A stretch of DNA of 64,000 bases, from contig CM119378.1 of the NCBI GenBank assembly GCA_051294905.1, forward strand, positions 19,158,001-19,222,000. The letters run 5' to 3'. The stretch is from Botryllus schlosseri. Lineage: Eukaryota. Shown here piece after piece: positions 1-11,800 of the stretch. The notes under the pieces are model-generated. The model saw only the letters and a list, made by a program, of their open reading frames with translations, did not search any database and had not been told where the DNA came from. Numbering within the stretch: position 1 is the stretch's first letter; every line of letters starts with the position of its first letter. The translations under genes and the position numbers were made by a program.

Positions 1-1784
1 AAATCTACGATACAAACGAAATGCAGGTAGCAAAACAATTTGACATTTCGACATTTTTTGACCTAACGCTACAAATTTGACAAAAGTTTGACTTTTTTTT
101 GACATGTCAAAAAAATCGCCTTCTTATTAGAAATTTGTCTGTATGTATCAAACATTATCCACCTCATATAATAATCAGATTACTTTCGTGTGACCACATA
201 CCGATTTTGTGACTATTCCCAGCATATCAGTCACAAATAGACTGTGTCAACATAAAATCAAGTACACGACTGTTTGCGGAATATGAGATACATCAAGCTA
301 TAGATAAGTCTATCTGCTCATTCGACCTACTTTATCAATATGAGTTGAAATGTGAGAACACGGCAATTCTCTTCGGAAACTTGGTATAAACTGGTTATTG
401 AAAATATTACGTTGCAAATTTAACCGGAGGTGTTCTCAGCTGCGTGGAAACATCTTTATACTATTGGATTAAGCGCTTTATGCCTCGACAAATTCAATAT
501 GTCTGGGACTCGGTGCCAAGGTCAGGTCTGAGGCTGAGATTTAGTAACAGAGCCACACATCAATATAAAGCGATGAGATCATGAGTTTGGAAGGCAAGCG
601 ATATTTGCCTAAAAATTCTCTCCAGTTTCCTAACAATAGTGGCTGTTGCTGTGAAGAATAAATGTCTTAAACAGGTGTGTAAATGACGCTATATGAATGG
701 GCACTTGATATTATCACCAAACTTTCGCGTCATATGCAAAATAAGCCGTCTACAAGCGCATTTTTTGCCGTTGTAATTAAATACATCCCACTGGACGTTC
801 TAACATTTTCGCCCCCTTGTCTCTCAAAATTGCATATTGAGTGGCGATATCGCCCACATTGGGAACCACTGTATTATACGATTATACCTATTCGTATTAC
901 AACGTTGAGGCATCGCGTTAGTCGCAAACATACATCTTGCAACTTCGTATGTGGCCCACTCCAATTTCCCTCTAGAAGTATACGACTCTTCGACCAAAGT
1001 TATATTTTGAAACTATATTTATTTGAGTTCTTTTCTTACCTTCTTTCATTTTCTATATTATTTTCTAGTTTTACCGTGTCTTGGGCATTGCTTGTTGACG
1101 TTTCTTTTACTTGTATACTTGAGTAGCAGAGCGGCTCTGACTACTGTGACAATTTCGGATTACGCACATGCCGCGGCACCAGACGTGAAAGAGCCGTAGT
1201 AATGTTCGATACACAAATTTTAGATGAACTCTGCGATGGGTTCCAATTTCTAAGATTCTTCTCAGTGTCACCCGATAGTCATAAGTATTTCCGAAATAAT
1301 AATAACCACCATTGTGAAGCGGTATTTCAAATAAATCGGTTACGGGTCCCATGTTATTTGCGCATCGGAAGATTTTATCCCATTACGTTTCAATACTACA
1401 CATATGATAAAGATTCTTCGTTGTGTATCGTGACAATTGACCCGCGAACAAAGCTATTACTGACAACTTTACAATAGTAAAGCATAATATTCTGTGTCGC
1501 GCATGATACTATGCTTGTACCAAGCTATACCGGCTCATTTCATTGTTAGGAATTCATTCACCGTGAAGGGCTTCTCATTATAGAGTAATTACCTCACCAT
1601 TATCCAGCGATCGAGTGGCGTGACTATAACGGCTCTGACAAATACCTACCTTTTCAAAACAGCTATCATTGATATCAAGGATGTATGACAACTGGTATTC
1701 AATAATGTTTTAATCGCTAGACAATAATAGGACAAGAATATACCAACAGGCTGACCGCTGTTTTCCTCACAATTTGATTTCCAG

Positions 1785-2077
1785 AGCTTCTTGGAGGTAC
1801 AGAACTTCAATATGCAATTGAATGGTATATTTGATTTCCCCATACATGATCTGGTTTACGTTCCGAACTTGATCTACTGTACGTAACTGCGGTGATTAAT
1901 TCCGAGGACCAGACTAGTTTTGCAGTAGATTGCAGACAACACTTCTTGTCACAACATGTCACCACAATGCCACAACAAAGAAGTAGACGAGACTGTCGTC
2001 TTGCGGCACAACAGCCCGCTTCCATCTTGCCCGTTAAATGTGGCAGACTTTTGATTACTCACCCATACTACAAACAG
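1785..2077 (+). CDS. Possible upstream exons of the EFCAB6-like gene (1785-1824, 1926-2077)
   Basis: Both have AG/GT boundaries and phases 0-1 and 1-0, which join stop-free to exon 4893 (SFLEVQNFNMQLNVDCRQHFL...HPYYKQ|ILIHLQ). No recognisable motif. Confidence 0.25.
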
Positions 2078-3239
2078 GTGCGTACCTAAGGCCCATGCTG
2101 CAGCACGTAACATAGTCACATAGTTACAGGACAGTGCTTTTTACCTTGTGGAATGATACGCACTTGTGCGAATGAAAAAAATTGCAGTGCGGATGACGAA
2201 GGTGGTGTGGATGGTGCGGATCAAAATCCGGATGAATGCGAATGAAAATCGTAAATAATTGTTGATTATTCTGACGTGGAATAATTCAAACAAACCTAAT
2301 AGGAAATTCAAATGCAGTGTCTTCCCAACTTTTGTAGTTGCGACGCAATTGTAAAAACTTGTTTGACTTACGACGCACCACTAATCGTAGCTTTGACACT
2401 AACGTTGTCTCTCACAAGACGTAGTGAATTAATGTTTGCGCACTATAATTACAGCGTAACCAAAAGCGTGGTTTGAGAGCGGTGTAGTGGCAGATATACA
2501 CTGTATCAGCTCGTCTGAGCCGGCGACAGGCTGAGAAAATGACGTCAAATTGACTTTCTGCTTTCTTTCGTTAAAAAATCATAATATTTTCGTAATAACA
2601 GTTCGATTAGTACGAGACACGAGGATAGTACTAAATACCATCATTACAGATTCACATTTGCAAGTTACCGTAGCGCAAATTCAAGGGTTATCAAAGTAGG
2701 GATCACAAAGGGTATAATTTTGGCTATACACGATGCCAGAGCGATATGTTAATATGTATGTAATATTAGTTGAATTTATTGCAAAAAATCCTGCGATAGT
2801 TTTTACGTGTACAAGGTCACTGTGTTGGGTACCATAGCCAATAAGACGACACGCAGAAAATATGGCTTGATCATGAGAATGTGTCGACCTTTGGTTTGAA
2901 TTCATGATAAGATTTGTCCGACTGGTTTTTCTGTAAAACATGGTCGAAGACCGTTGGGATGAATGTAGCAATAACGCGTATAACGGGTACGACGACACCT
3001 TTCGGTATGATCGCAACATATACATGGCCCCAAAATTTAGAAAAAGATTTTTGTATCGAAAATATCACGTCCGGCCCATGTCATTTCCATCCAGCAGTTC
3101 ATTTTGAAGTTATGGTGGAATAGTGGTTATATGTAAGCTATATCACAGGAAAAATAGATTCTGTGACGAAGTATCAATTCCCTTATTGGAGCAGATTGCG
3201 AAAAAAATAATGAATGTCTAGCACAAACGACTGTTCACT

Positions 3240-3975
3240 AAATTGCTGAGACTGATAATTTCAAATTCAAAATGTTTTGCAATCATTTCGAATTCACGCT
3301 CATTGACCTTACTACTCCAACTTTTTATTTTTACCGCAAACCCCAGCAAAGCATCTCTAAACAGAAATATGTTCGTATCAGTAAACTATTGGCAACTTGG
3401 CAATTACAATGTGTTGGCACAGTAGAATATTTTATCTCGGACGGCCATTCTGTTGATGTGAGTCCTGAAGTTTTAGCAATTATGAAGCGAACGTAAAAAA
3501 TGACGAATTTGGTTATCAATACCTTTGCAAATTGGGGGAAGCGAGTGGCGCAGTTGGTAAAACACCGTAGTCACGACACCAATGGTCGCTGGTTCGAATC
3601 ACGGTTCTGACCAACGTCTACGTGTCGGAGGTTTCTCTGGGCTCCTCATTGCCGACCTCACTACTACGGTAGTGCATTAAAAAGCCCAGACTGAAAGTGA
3701 GCCGTGCTATAAGTCGGCAGCAGAGACCACGATGGGGACGCATGGGAGTGAGAGACAATGAAGATGACAGCGAGAGAGAATGATAAAGACGTTCCCTACA
3801 AGACAAAGAAAAAAAGCAAAGACCAATGAACTTTATGAAATTCATGTCGTGGGGCACAAGGCCTAGAAAGGCGATAAGCCCCACTGTGTTGTGCCTATCA
3901 ATACAATACAATACCTTTGCAAATTTAGTGGTTTCGCGCACCCCCCTGAAAAAGCTTCCCGGTGGAGAACCATGC
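3240..3975 (-). mobile_element. Degenerate Buster/Charlie hAT deletion derivative (copy 1), interrupted by a SINE
   Basis: Frameshifted minus-strand reading LTSTEWPSEIKY...DTNIFLFRDALLGFAVKIKSWSSKVNEREFEM resembles the Buster transposase segment W-LAYL-DIF-LN-L-LQG-TNIF-D-F-KL-W-V-FEM. Similar sequence at 20955-21285 and 43580-43950. Boundaries approximate. Confidence 0.55.
3534..3908 (+). mobile_element. tRNA-derived SINE
   Basis: Pol III A box TGGCGCAGTTGG (3545) and B box GGTTCGAATC (3591); (CAATA)n 3' tail; 17-bp direct repeat CAATACCTTTGCAAATT at 3517-3533 and 3909-3925. Confidence 0.85.
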
Positions 3976-4046
3976 ACTGTAATAGATTATTTTCATTTGC
4001 GATACCGCTATAGGCTTGATAACTTATCTAGACGGTTCAAGTATAG

Positions 4047-4095
4047 CAGGGGCGGGCAACATACGGCCTGCGGGCCGGATCCGGCCCGCGGACAG
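4047..4095 (+). mobile_element. Solo left end of a Charlie/Buster-type hAT MITE
   Basis: CAGGGGCGGGCAAC followed by CGGCCTGCGGGCCGGATCCGGCCCGCG, the same end architecture as 19281 and 35125. No partner end found. Confidence 0.5.
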
Positions 4096-4680
4096 TTTCC
4101 CGTTTTACATGATAATGTTGCTTGCGGCCCCAATCTGCCGAGATTCCCCACTACTTTCTTAAACGTCAAATTTTAGTGACTGTATGTTATTATTTACGTA
4201 TGCGCGCAGCGTGCGAGTGCAGAGCTTACGCGTAAGTTCGTCGACGCGAGAAGACTTGCCTTATCGGCATTTACCATGTACTCAACCCAAATGAATTGAT
4301 ATCTTGGTAAATTTGGGGTACCGGGCTTATCGAACGCCTTGAAATCTTAACTAAGGATTGCACCGTAGTGTCCTATATGGTGTGGACACAAGCAAATCTC
4401 ACGGCTCAGTGAAATTGTCCTACGTCACACTTTCCATTTGGCTAAAGGTAATTTGACGGTAATTTTTGATCGGCTTGCCGAGCATTAAATTTGATAAAAC
4501 TGGTATCAATCGAAAGCTACCGAGGTACTGATTGTGCAAATATATATTTTATTTTGCTCGTGCCACTGGAACCCCCCAAAATCAGCCTCGAATGCTGATT
4601 TTGGTGTCTAGTCCCTTATATATTTTGACCTGGGTTTCGTTTAAATGTACCCGGTCATATAAGCTATCGTCGCTTCATTA

Positions 4681-4750
4681 GGGGCGGGGCGTTGACAGTA
4701 AAGCAAAAATAGGTTTGTGTTTGAATTAGCATTGTGACATGACGTCAAGT
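4681..4750. promoter_or_regulatory. GC-box plus CRE cluster (possible promoter)
   Basis: GGGGCGGGGC at 4681 and TGACGTCA at 4740, about 150-200 nt upstream of exon 4893. Motif presence only. Confidence 0.25.
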
Positions 4751-4892
4751 GTTCGAGTTCACGTTCACTTTCACAAATAGCCTTTCATAAAAGTTGGTGT
4801 TCGCAAGACCCCCACGCCTTTTAGGTCAAGATCCCCTACTAACATTTGATGCAATGTAGTTGGTATGTTCATTCTCTTTGTTCTTAATATAG

Positions 4893-5829
4893 ATCCTGAT
4901 TCACCTTCAAGACAAGCTGAATGGAAATCTACCCGCCGCCCGAAATATATTCCAGGCAAACGATCCTTTCGGAGAGGGCACTGTGCCGAAAGAAGCATTT
5001 GCCCGCGTCATGTGGCTTTTATACGGATATTTAAATAGCAAACAAATTCAAGCCATCTTGAAAAGGTCGTATGCACAGTATTTCGATTTGATATCAGTAG
5101 GTAATGTTCTGTATATTTGATCACAGTCTTGGATTGGACAACAAAGATACCATATCATTCGAGGAGTTTTATTTTCGTGTGAAAAATCAAGGAATACCAG
5201 AGTCGCCCTACCAAAAAGTGTCGAATTGGGTTAAAGCAGTTAGCACCGCCCCCAGAAGCAGTCATCGGAAAGACTACGATCGTGTAAGCCAGATGACATA
5301 TAGGGATTGGGAGTTGGAATGCATGTCTCGGTTCTATGTATTGGCTCACCCACCGTCATTTGTTGTGACCCTATATTGCTCATCTCAACATCCACTGGGG
5401 CGCATTTGCAAAATCAGTTTTACATTGATATTGATTTCGGTACAATCGTGGAATTTATACTACCCAGACCTTTAAAGCCAATCCACATGACGCAAGACCT
5501 GATTGTATGTCGCACCTAACGGGTCGTAGACAATACAATAAAGGTCTATTTTACGCGGAGTCACATTTCATGACTGGACTCTACCACATCACATGCTGAC
5601 CAATCTCGATTGCTCGCACCAAGGTTGCTGCCAACTGGTATGCTCATTTGCGCTGCGATTAAATGGCCCTGAGATAGCCTATTCTCGATCAGATTAACAA
5701 ATAATGGAACCAGCATATAAATAGAAGTGGCTATAGATTCAATATCAGTCTATTGTGAGTCTTCATACTTATGTATACGTAAAGCCATTTTGAACAATTA
5801 TTTCTTCTCACTAGACAAAGGGAAATATA

Positions 5830-5876
<47 letters not shown>

Positions 5877-8800
5877 ATGAAAGTAACTCTTCAAATCGGG
5901 ATGGCGAAAATTTAAATTTAATTAATGTTTCATATTATATAGATTAAATAGTCGTCAGTCATCAGCACATTATTTTGTTATATCACCGTAGTGTTATTTG
6001 GAGCTGTATATGAAGACTTCGCTGACATTACGATATCACAAATGTACTGGAATAAGGCTATATATCGGTGGTCCCCACCCGATTGCTCGGTGATCGAATT
6101 CTCGAATTGTGGGGAGTTCAGGGGTTTCTGGTGTGGAAAAGGGGGAAACGCCCTTGCAAAATAAATACATTCAGTAAATACAATACATATATACAGCGGA
6201 ATAACACCACAATTACCGTTAACAGTTCACTGCACTGGACTAATGTATGCGTCGCTAACTTTATGGCCCGTTGTTGACGAAAACTCATTTTGAATTGTGG
6301 ATAACCAATATATTAGGGTCACAAACACGTTTAGCACGAGTAGCATGACGTGCCATAAAGCTTTCGCAGAATTTTGCGGGACACCGGTACCAAAGAATTT
6401 TTATGTTGCAATAAAAGGCGGTCCCATCTACCTTATTCTGACAATCACGAACTAGTTAATATATCATAGGGATCATCATAACGAGGTATTTCAGTGAAGT
6501 TGACAAATCTCTTCAGTCTTTTTTGAGGTCACTGATTATTCTTTCGTTCAGCCAAGTCTACCTCCATCAACGCCCCGTTCCGCAAGATCGGCTAGGGCAT
6601 CGCGGCAGGTCGTGGGAGAATCTTCATCTCATTGTTGGAATGTTTTAAAGAAAAGAGTACAAGATGAGTACGTTTCAAAAACCCACGATTACGCCTATTT
6701 CACGCTGACATGGAGGCCGCAAGGTGGTGCGGACAATTTGCNNNNNNNNNNNNNNNNNNNNNNNNNNNNNNNNNNNNNNNNNNNNNNNNNNNNNNNNNNN
6801 NNNNNNNNNNNNNNNNNNNNNNNNNNNNNNNNNNNNNNNNNNNNNNNNNNNNNNNNNNNNNNNNNNNNNNNNNNNNNNNGCGCTTATCGCCTGACGGCCT
6901 AAACACGTCATCTGTTGTTACTGATAATTACTGATATGAATAACGTAAGATCATAAGACTCAATATAAATGAAGGCCGAAGCACCACATTAGTGCCGTCC
7001 GTTGTATCAAGATTTTATAAAATGCATCTACATTTGCGGTGCTGTGGTAAAGCTGTATCCAGCGGTTTTTATGGCTGTCACTGACGATAGTCTGAATATA
7101 AAAGATCTGAGACGCATATTCTCCGTATGCTTTATCCCATTCTTTAACTTGAGAAATTTTCAGACCTTCCTTTTTTCTTACTCTTATATGGGCCTACTTT
7201 TACATATAGTTTTGGCCTGCATTGAAAATCGCTTCTTCTACTTTTATTTGAGTACCAATTTACGACATTTGTTTTATTTGTACTTGAGTATCATCAATTG
7301 CTACTTTACCCTCTTCTGAAAACTACATATGTTAATGTCAAACCTCTCAAAAACTTGAGCAGTTGTGAGGTTATATAATAGATATTTGTTGTCAAATATA
7401 GTTTTAGTTGTTTCCATGACTAAAGCAAAAGTCAGTATCTCCTGACATCTGGGACCTGGGCCAGCCGAGTCTTAGTCCGACATTGATTGAGTGACTAAAA
7501 CTTGTTCAATAAATCGGCTAAGAGTCATCAAATGCTCATACTGTTTTCAGACGATTCGATCCGACCTCCGTCTTACCTGCAATCTGTTTCGGAGACGGTG
7601 CATTCGTAGTTCCAGCTCAATTCCGAGAAGTCTTGCGCAGGTTAAACATCATGGCCACAGAGGACGATGTAACGAAGATATACAGAGGGTATGTTGCATG
7701 CTTGGAGTGCAAAGATCTGATCGTGATAGATGAGGACTGTATTTTCGTAAAACTGTATCGAATCATATTCATAGAATGGATGGCGCGAGTCCATACGCAA
7801 TCCACACGAAACGTTTATTCGAATTGTTGGGTCTTGACCCTGAAACCGGACGGTATGCTCCAAAGAAGCCTGCTACATCTACACCAAAGCCTCCGCAACC
7901 TCAGCAAGTTGAGCCAGTTGAGACGATGTTAGATAATTCAGAAGATGATCTGCATCAATCGCAACAGCTAATTACAGCTCACGTTACAGGGTTAGAATTG
8001 TTCCAGAGCCTGAATCAAAACGACCTAGAACATCGCAAGGTAAGGCTAAAAACGAGAGCTATACATTGACCTATCATGACTCCAATTAAATACTCATATC
8101 GACCACCATGAGTGTACTTGGTTACTTATAGCCACGAACTTACCAGGTTTTCCGATTAAAAACTCCAACACCGCCAACTGACATGACCCCAGAAACCATG
8201 CATGTCGTCACCAACATCATAGGCTGATGTCCTCTCACTCTCTTGATTTTCAAATCTGCATTCGCGACTCTGCTGCCTCCAACTCCAAATGATATGTATG
8301 TGGTACTGATCCCTCAATAAGAGAACCGCACAAGTGCACATGAATTCTCCTATCGGTGCGCGTAGAAGGACGGCAGTTATGATTAGGCACACTCGTATGC
8401 GCTGCCGACTAGGGTTACCATATTTTGGAATCCAGAAATCAGGACACTTTTCTCAAATCATAAACGTCATGTTACTGGAGTAGAAACTGTTGATTCTGAA
8501 GTTTGTACTGGAAATATTGTTGTGTTGACTAATAGAAAGGTCATTTTCCAGTTCCATTCCCGAATGTGTCATATATAGGGCATTATTAGTTCCTTCTGTC
8601 CATTAGCCTGGATGTCGAATCTTTAAAGGAGGACATTTATGCGTCCTCGGAGGACATTTCCATTTCCTGAAAAGGGACACTAAATCCAAAGGAGGACTTA
8701 TGGTAACCCTATACTGTTGTCTTCACATTAAGTTGTGAGATCCCATATTCAGTTTCGAATTCACAGTAGTATTTACCCGAAAATGAGTGGAATACATTCG

Positions 8801-11800
8801 TTTTTATTCGAGTAAATTCAAATCGTGGCAGCTCGGTGACAGCACGTAATATGACCTATGAACACTTGAACAGTGAACATTCGTCAGGCGAGAAAAATTC
8901 AGTTCGGAAGTGGAATGTTAGTTTCAGCCATGGGTATTCGATATTATATGTGTTCAAATTGTATGAACGAGGCATTCGTAAGCCCAATTATGAGGCACAC
9001 TTTATTTTATAGAAATCATATTGACAGTTGACACTAACTTTGAATTGTTTTCTCTCCGTTCAGCTATTGCTTCACAGAACAATAGACCTCAGTCCGTAAC
9101 AAGGCCTCGGACTTCTTTCGAACCAACTAAGCTATTCGAAGGGGACATCGCTTTGCTAATTAGCAAAAAGGTCTGTCCTATCTGCGTCGCAAAATGTATC
9201 CTAGGAGTAGGCCTATGCCTGTTACATCGGGCCGATATCCCTCATTATGATTTCTTATCTGCCGACTTGTAGAACGATCCACATTCGTTGCAGGTCATTA
9301 AGGAAAATATCCATTCATATATTCATATTCATACCATTTATTCATATAATGTTTTCCACGGCAAGGCGACATTTCGTCCAGTGATATCAACTCATATTTT
9401 GTAGTTAGAAGAAGGGCACAACAGTCTCCTACAAGCTATGCAAGCTCGCGACACGGAGCACAAAGGCGAAATAACAAAGGCAGACCTCAGATTTGCCCTA
9501 ACGCGTTTCGGAATCCCAATCAAAGCCATTGACATGGAGCATTTCCTTGTACGGTAAGTATTATAGGCTAGTGAAGCAATCGATTCTGTATGATCGATAA
9601 TGTAGATATTCCGACGTATGTAGCAGTCCAGAAGCAATAATTTAGAGTGGGCCTATGCATTATCAGACAGCTACAACCATAAACCATCACCATCATGAAA
9701 GAGAATTTTATTCTTCGCCCAGTGAGCCTCGTCGTTAATAGTAGGAAAAGAAAATCATTCGTGGTAGAGTTTTCTTACGAGGGTCACTCAGGAACGCATA
9801 TTATAGTAATAAATGAGTCTTTCGGTTTACAAACCACCTTAACTATATTTGTTCAAATATAGATCCGACAATTAACATAGCGTTGGTTTCATTCTTCATC
9901 ACTATGATAACATAATTAGTATAGGCCTACCTCAACATATAAATAAGCAGTCAAAATATCAGAGGGTAATGGTAACAATGGCTGGTTTTGGAAGTATACA
10001 TGATGCACTTTTTACTTCGAAAGGAACGGCCTTCGGCGAAAAGACCAACGAGTGAACTACAAACTTTTAATGCGCCGCTTGCAAACACGTTCCAACAGAG
10101 GCTTGCTGCACAAAGTTATGAAAAACATCGATCACACGTAAGGATTCTATGAGGATTCGCGTACCCAACGCACCACCCATTTCGTTTTCCGATTTTATAA
10201 TGAGAATCGGACCCAATTTACCGGCAATTTCGTATTGCATCGCAAAGAAGAAAATCACGTGTATAGCATAATGCTGGCGAGATAAATTAATACATTGCTC
10301 GTGAGCGACTAAGCCGAGTGGTATGCGAACCCACGAGGTTTCGAGTCACGATTCATTCTTCTTTTTGTAACTTTTAACTTTAGTCAAGTCGAGTGATATT
10401 CCATTCGTCAGCGAGTCATAGTCATATAGTCCAAATTACGAAACGAGATGTCAAGTCCTAGTTCTCGTAACAATTTTCAATCACGAATCATCCATCGCGG
10501 ATCATTTTTGTTATCACACTCTGGCGATATCACATTAGCATGAGGCCTATTTAGACCGCATTTGGCGTTGGAAATGGAAAATCAGAAGTAAGTAGCCTAC
10601 ATTTTTCGTTTTGATACTGATATTTACGTGCATCGGTGTCAGCGTCTATGTGGAATAAATAGACGCATTCGCAGCGGCAGAGGTTTGTAAATAATGCTGC
10701 CGCCACCCCGTCACATATCAGTTTATGATTCATGCCAAATTAGTATGCGTGCATTTCAACAAACTACATCACGTTGATTACTAACGAGAAAATCGTGACT
10801 CGAGTATGACTGATTCCATTGCAACCCGGTATGTAACGTCTACTTCTGTTCCCTCATCGAGAATGTGGAAGTGACTTGCGCCTCAGATAACATAGTTAAA
10901 TAGTATATTCATATTGAAATGAACCCGAATATTTTCGGCTGACACTCGTCAGGGGTAATCGTCAGCAGCTAGTAGAGAATTGGAAGGAACATTGTATATC
11001 AACAATCGTATCACAAAATATGACGTCACCAGCATGAAATTTCGAATGAGAGAGCGTTCAATGTACTATTTTTAGGTGGTACACGAACTACTTTTGTTGA
11101 CCTTGGATTGGCCCCATTTTCACCCGTTTTGAAAAACAATTGATTTCTGCGGTCAGTAAGTGTTACGACACAGTCAAAACCAATGTGATTTTTACAACAA
11201 CACAACTGCTCCCTTCAACACGCAAAGACGTGCTTCCTGCACTTCAACAAAGTAATGTAGTGTACGAATATAGATGCCACTGTGATTGCGGCGTGGCTAC
11301 GTGGGAAGAACGTCAAAACGTCTGCAGGACCGCATAAACCAACATGTCCCCAGATTTATCAGAACACGTGCATCACGCTCAGTGAAAAGCTCACCCTTAA
11401 CTAATCCACTTAAGATTGATGCTGATCGATCAAAGGCCGTTAATTCTGCCATCGGCAAACATCTGATTTTCTTTTTCAGATTCCATAGAGCTCCCTCTCC
11501 GCAAGTATCGCCAGATGGCGTGAGTGCGCCAGTTCTTGAAGCCCTGCTGCTCGATGTGTTCCAGCGAGAGTTCCTGGAATTACTTGGTCTGATCAAAGCC
11601 CGTGATTTCAGCGAAACGGGACTTATATCATTGGTAAGTGCTGCAACTGTATCCTGAACTTGATACTAGCGAACGCCGGCGGGTGCGGTAACTCAATATT
11701 TTAGTTTGCTAAATGTTCATCGTAAAGCGGTAGGGATTAGTATATCGGTATTCGCCTATCTTTTCCAAACTGTGGTACGTGACATTCTCCTAGGAGCTAA

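Noticed and set aside
683-1126. 147-aa plus-strand ORF
   Set aside because: It has a TTG/low-complexity T-rich tail, no motif and no splice context; likely spurious.
3534-3615. tRNA gene
   Set aside because: It has A and B boxes but no convincing acceptor stem. It continues into a 290-nt body with a repeat tail and a TSD, so it is a SINE head.
9064-9077. Upstream acceptor (TTCAG at 9063) for the exon ending at 9170
   Set aside because: It gives phase 1, incompatible with the phase-0 donor at 8039. The acceptor at 9077 keeps the frame.
11286-11657. 123-aa ORF as a standalone nuclease gene
   Set aside because: It is a chance fusion of a frameshifted Penelope remnant and EFCAB6-like exon 11480-11633.
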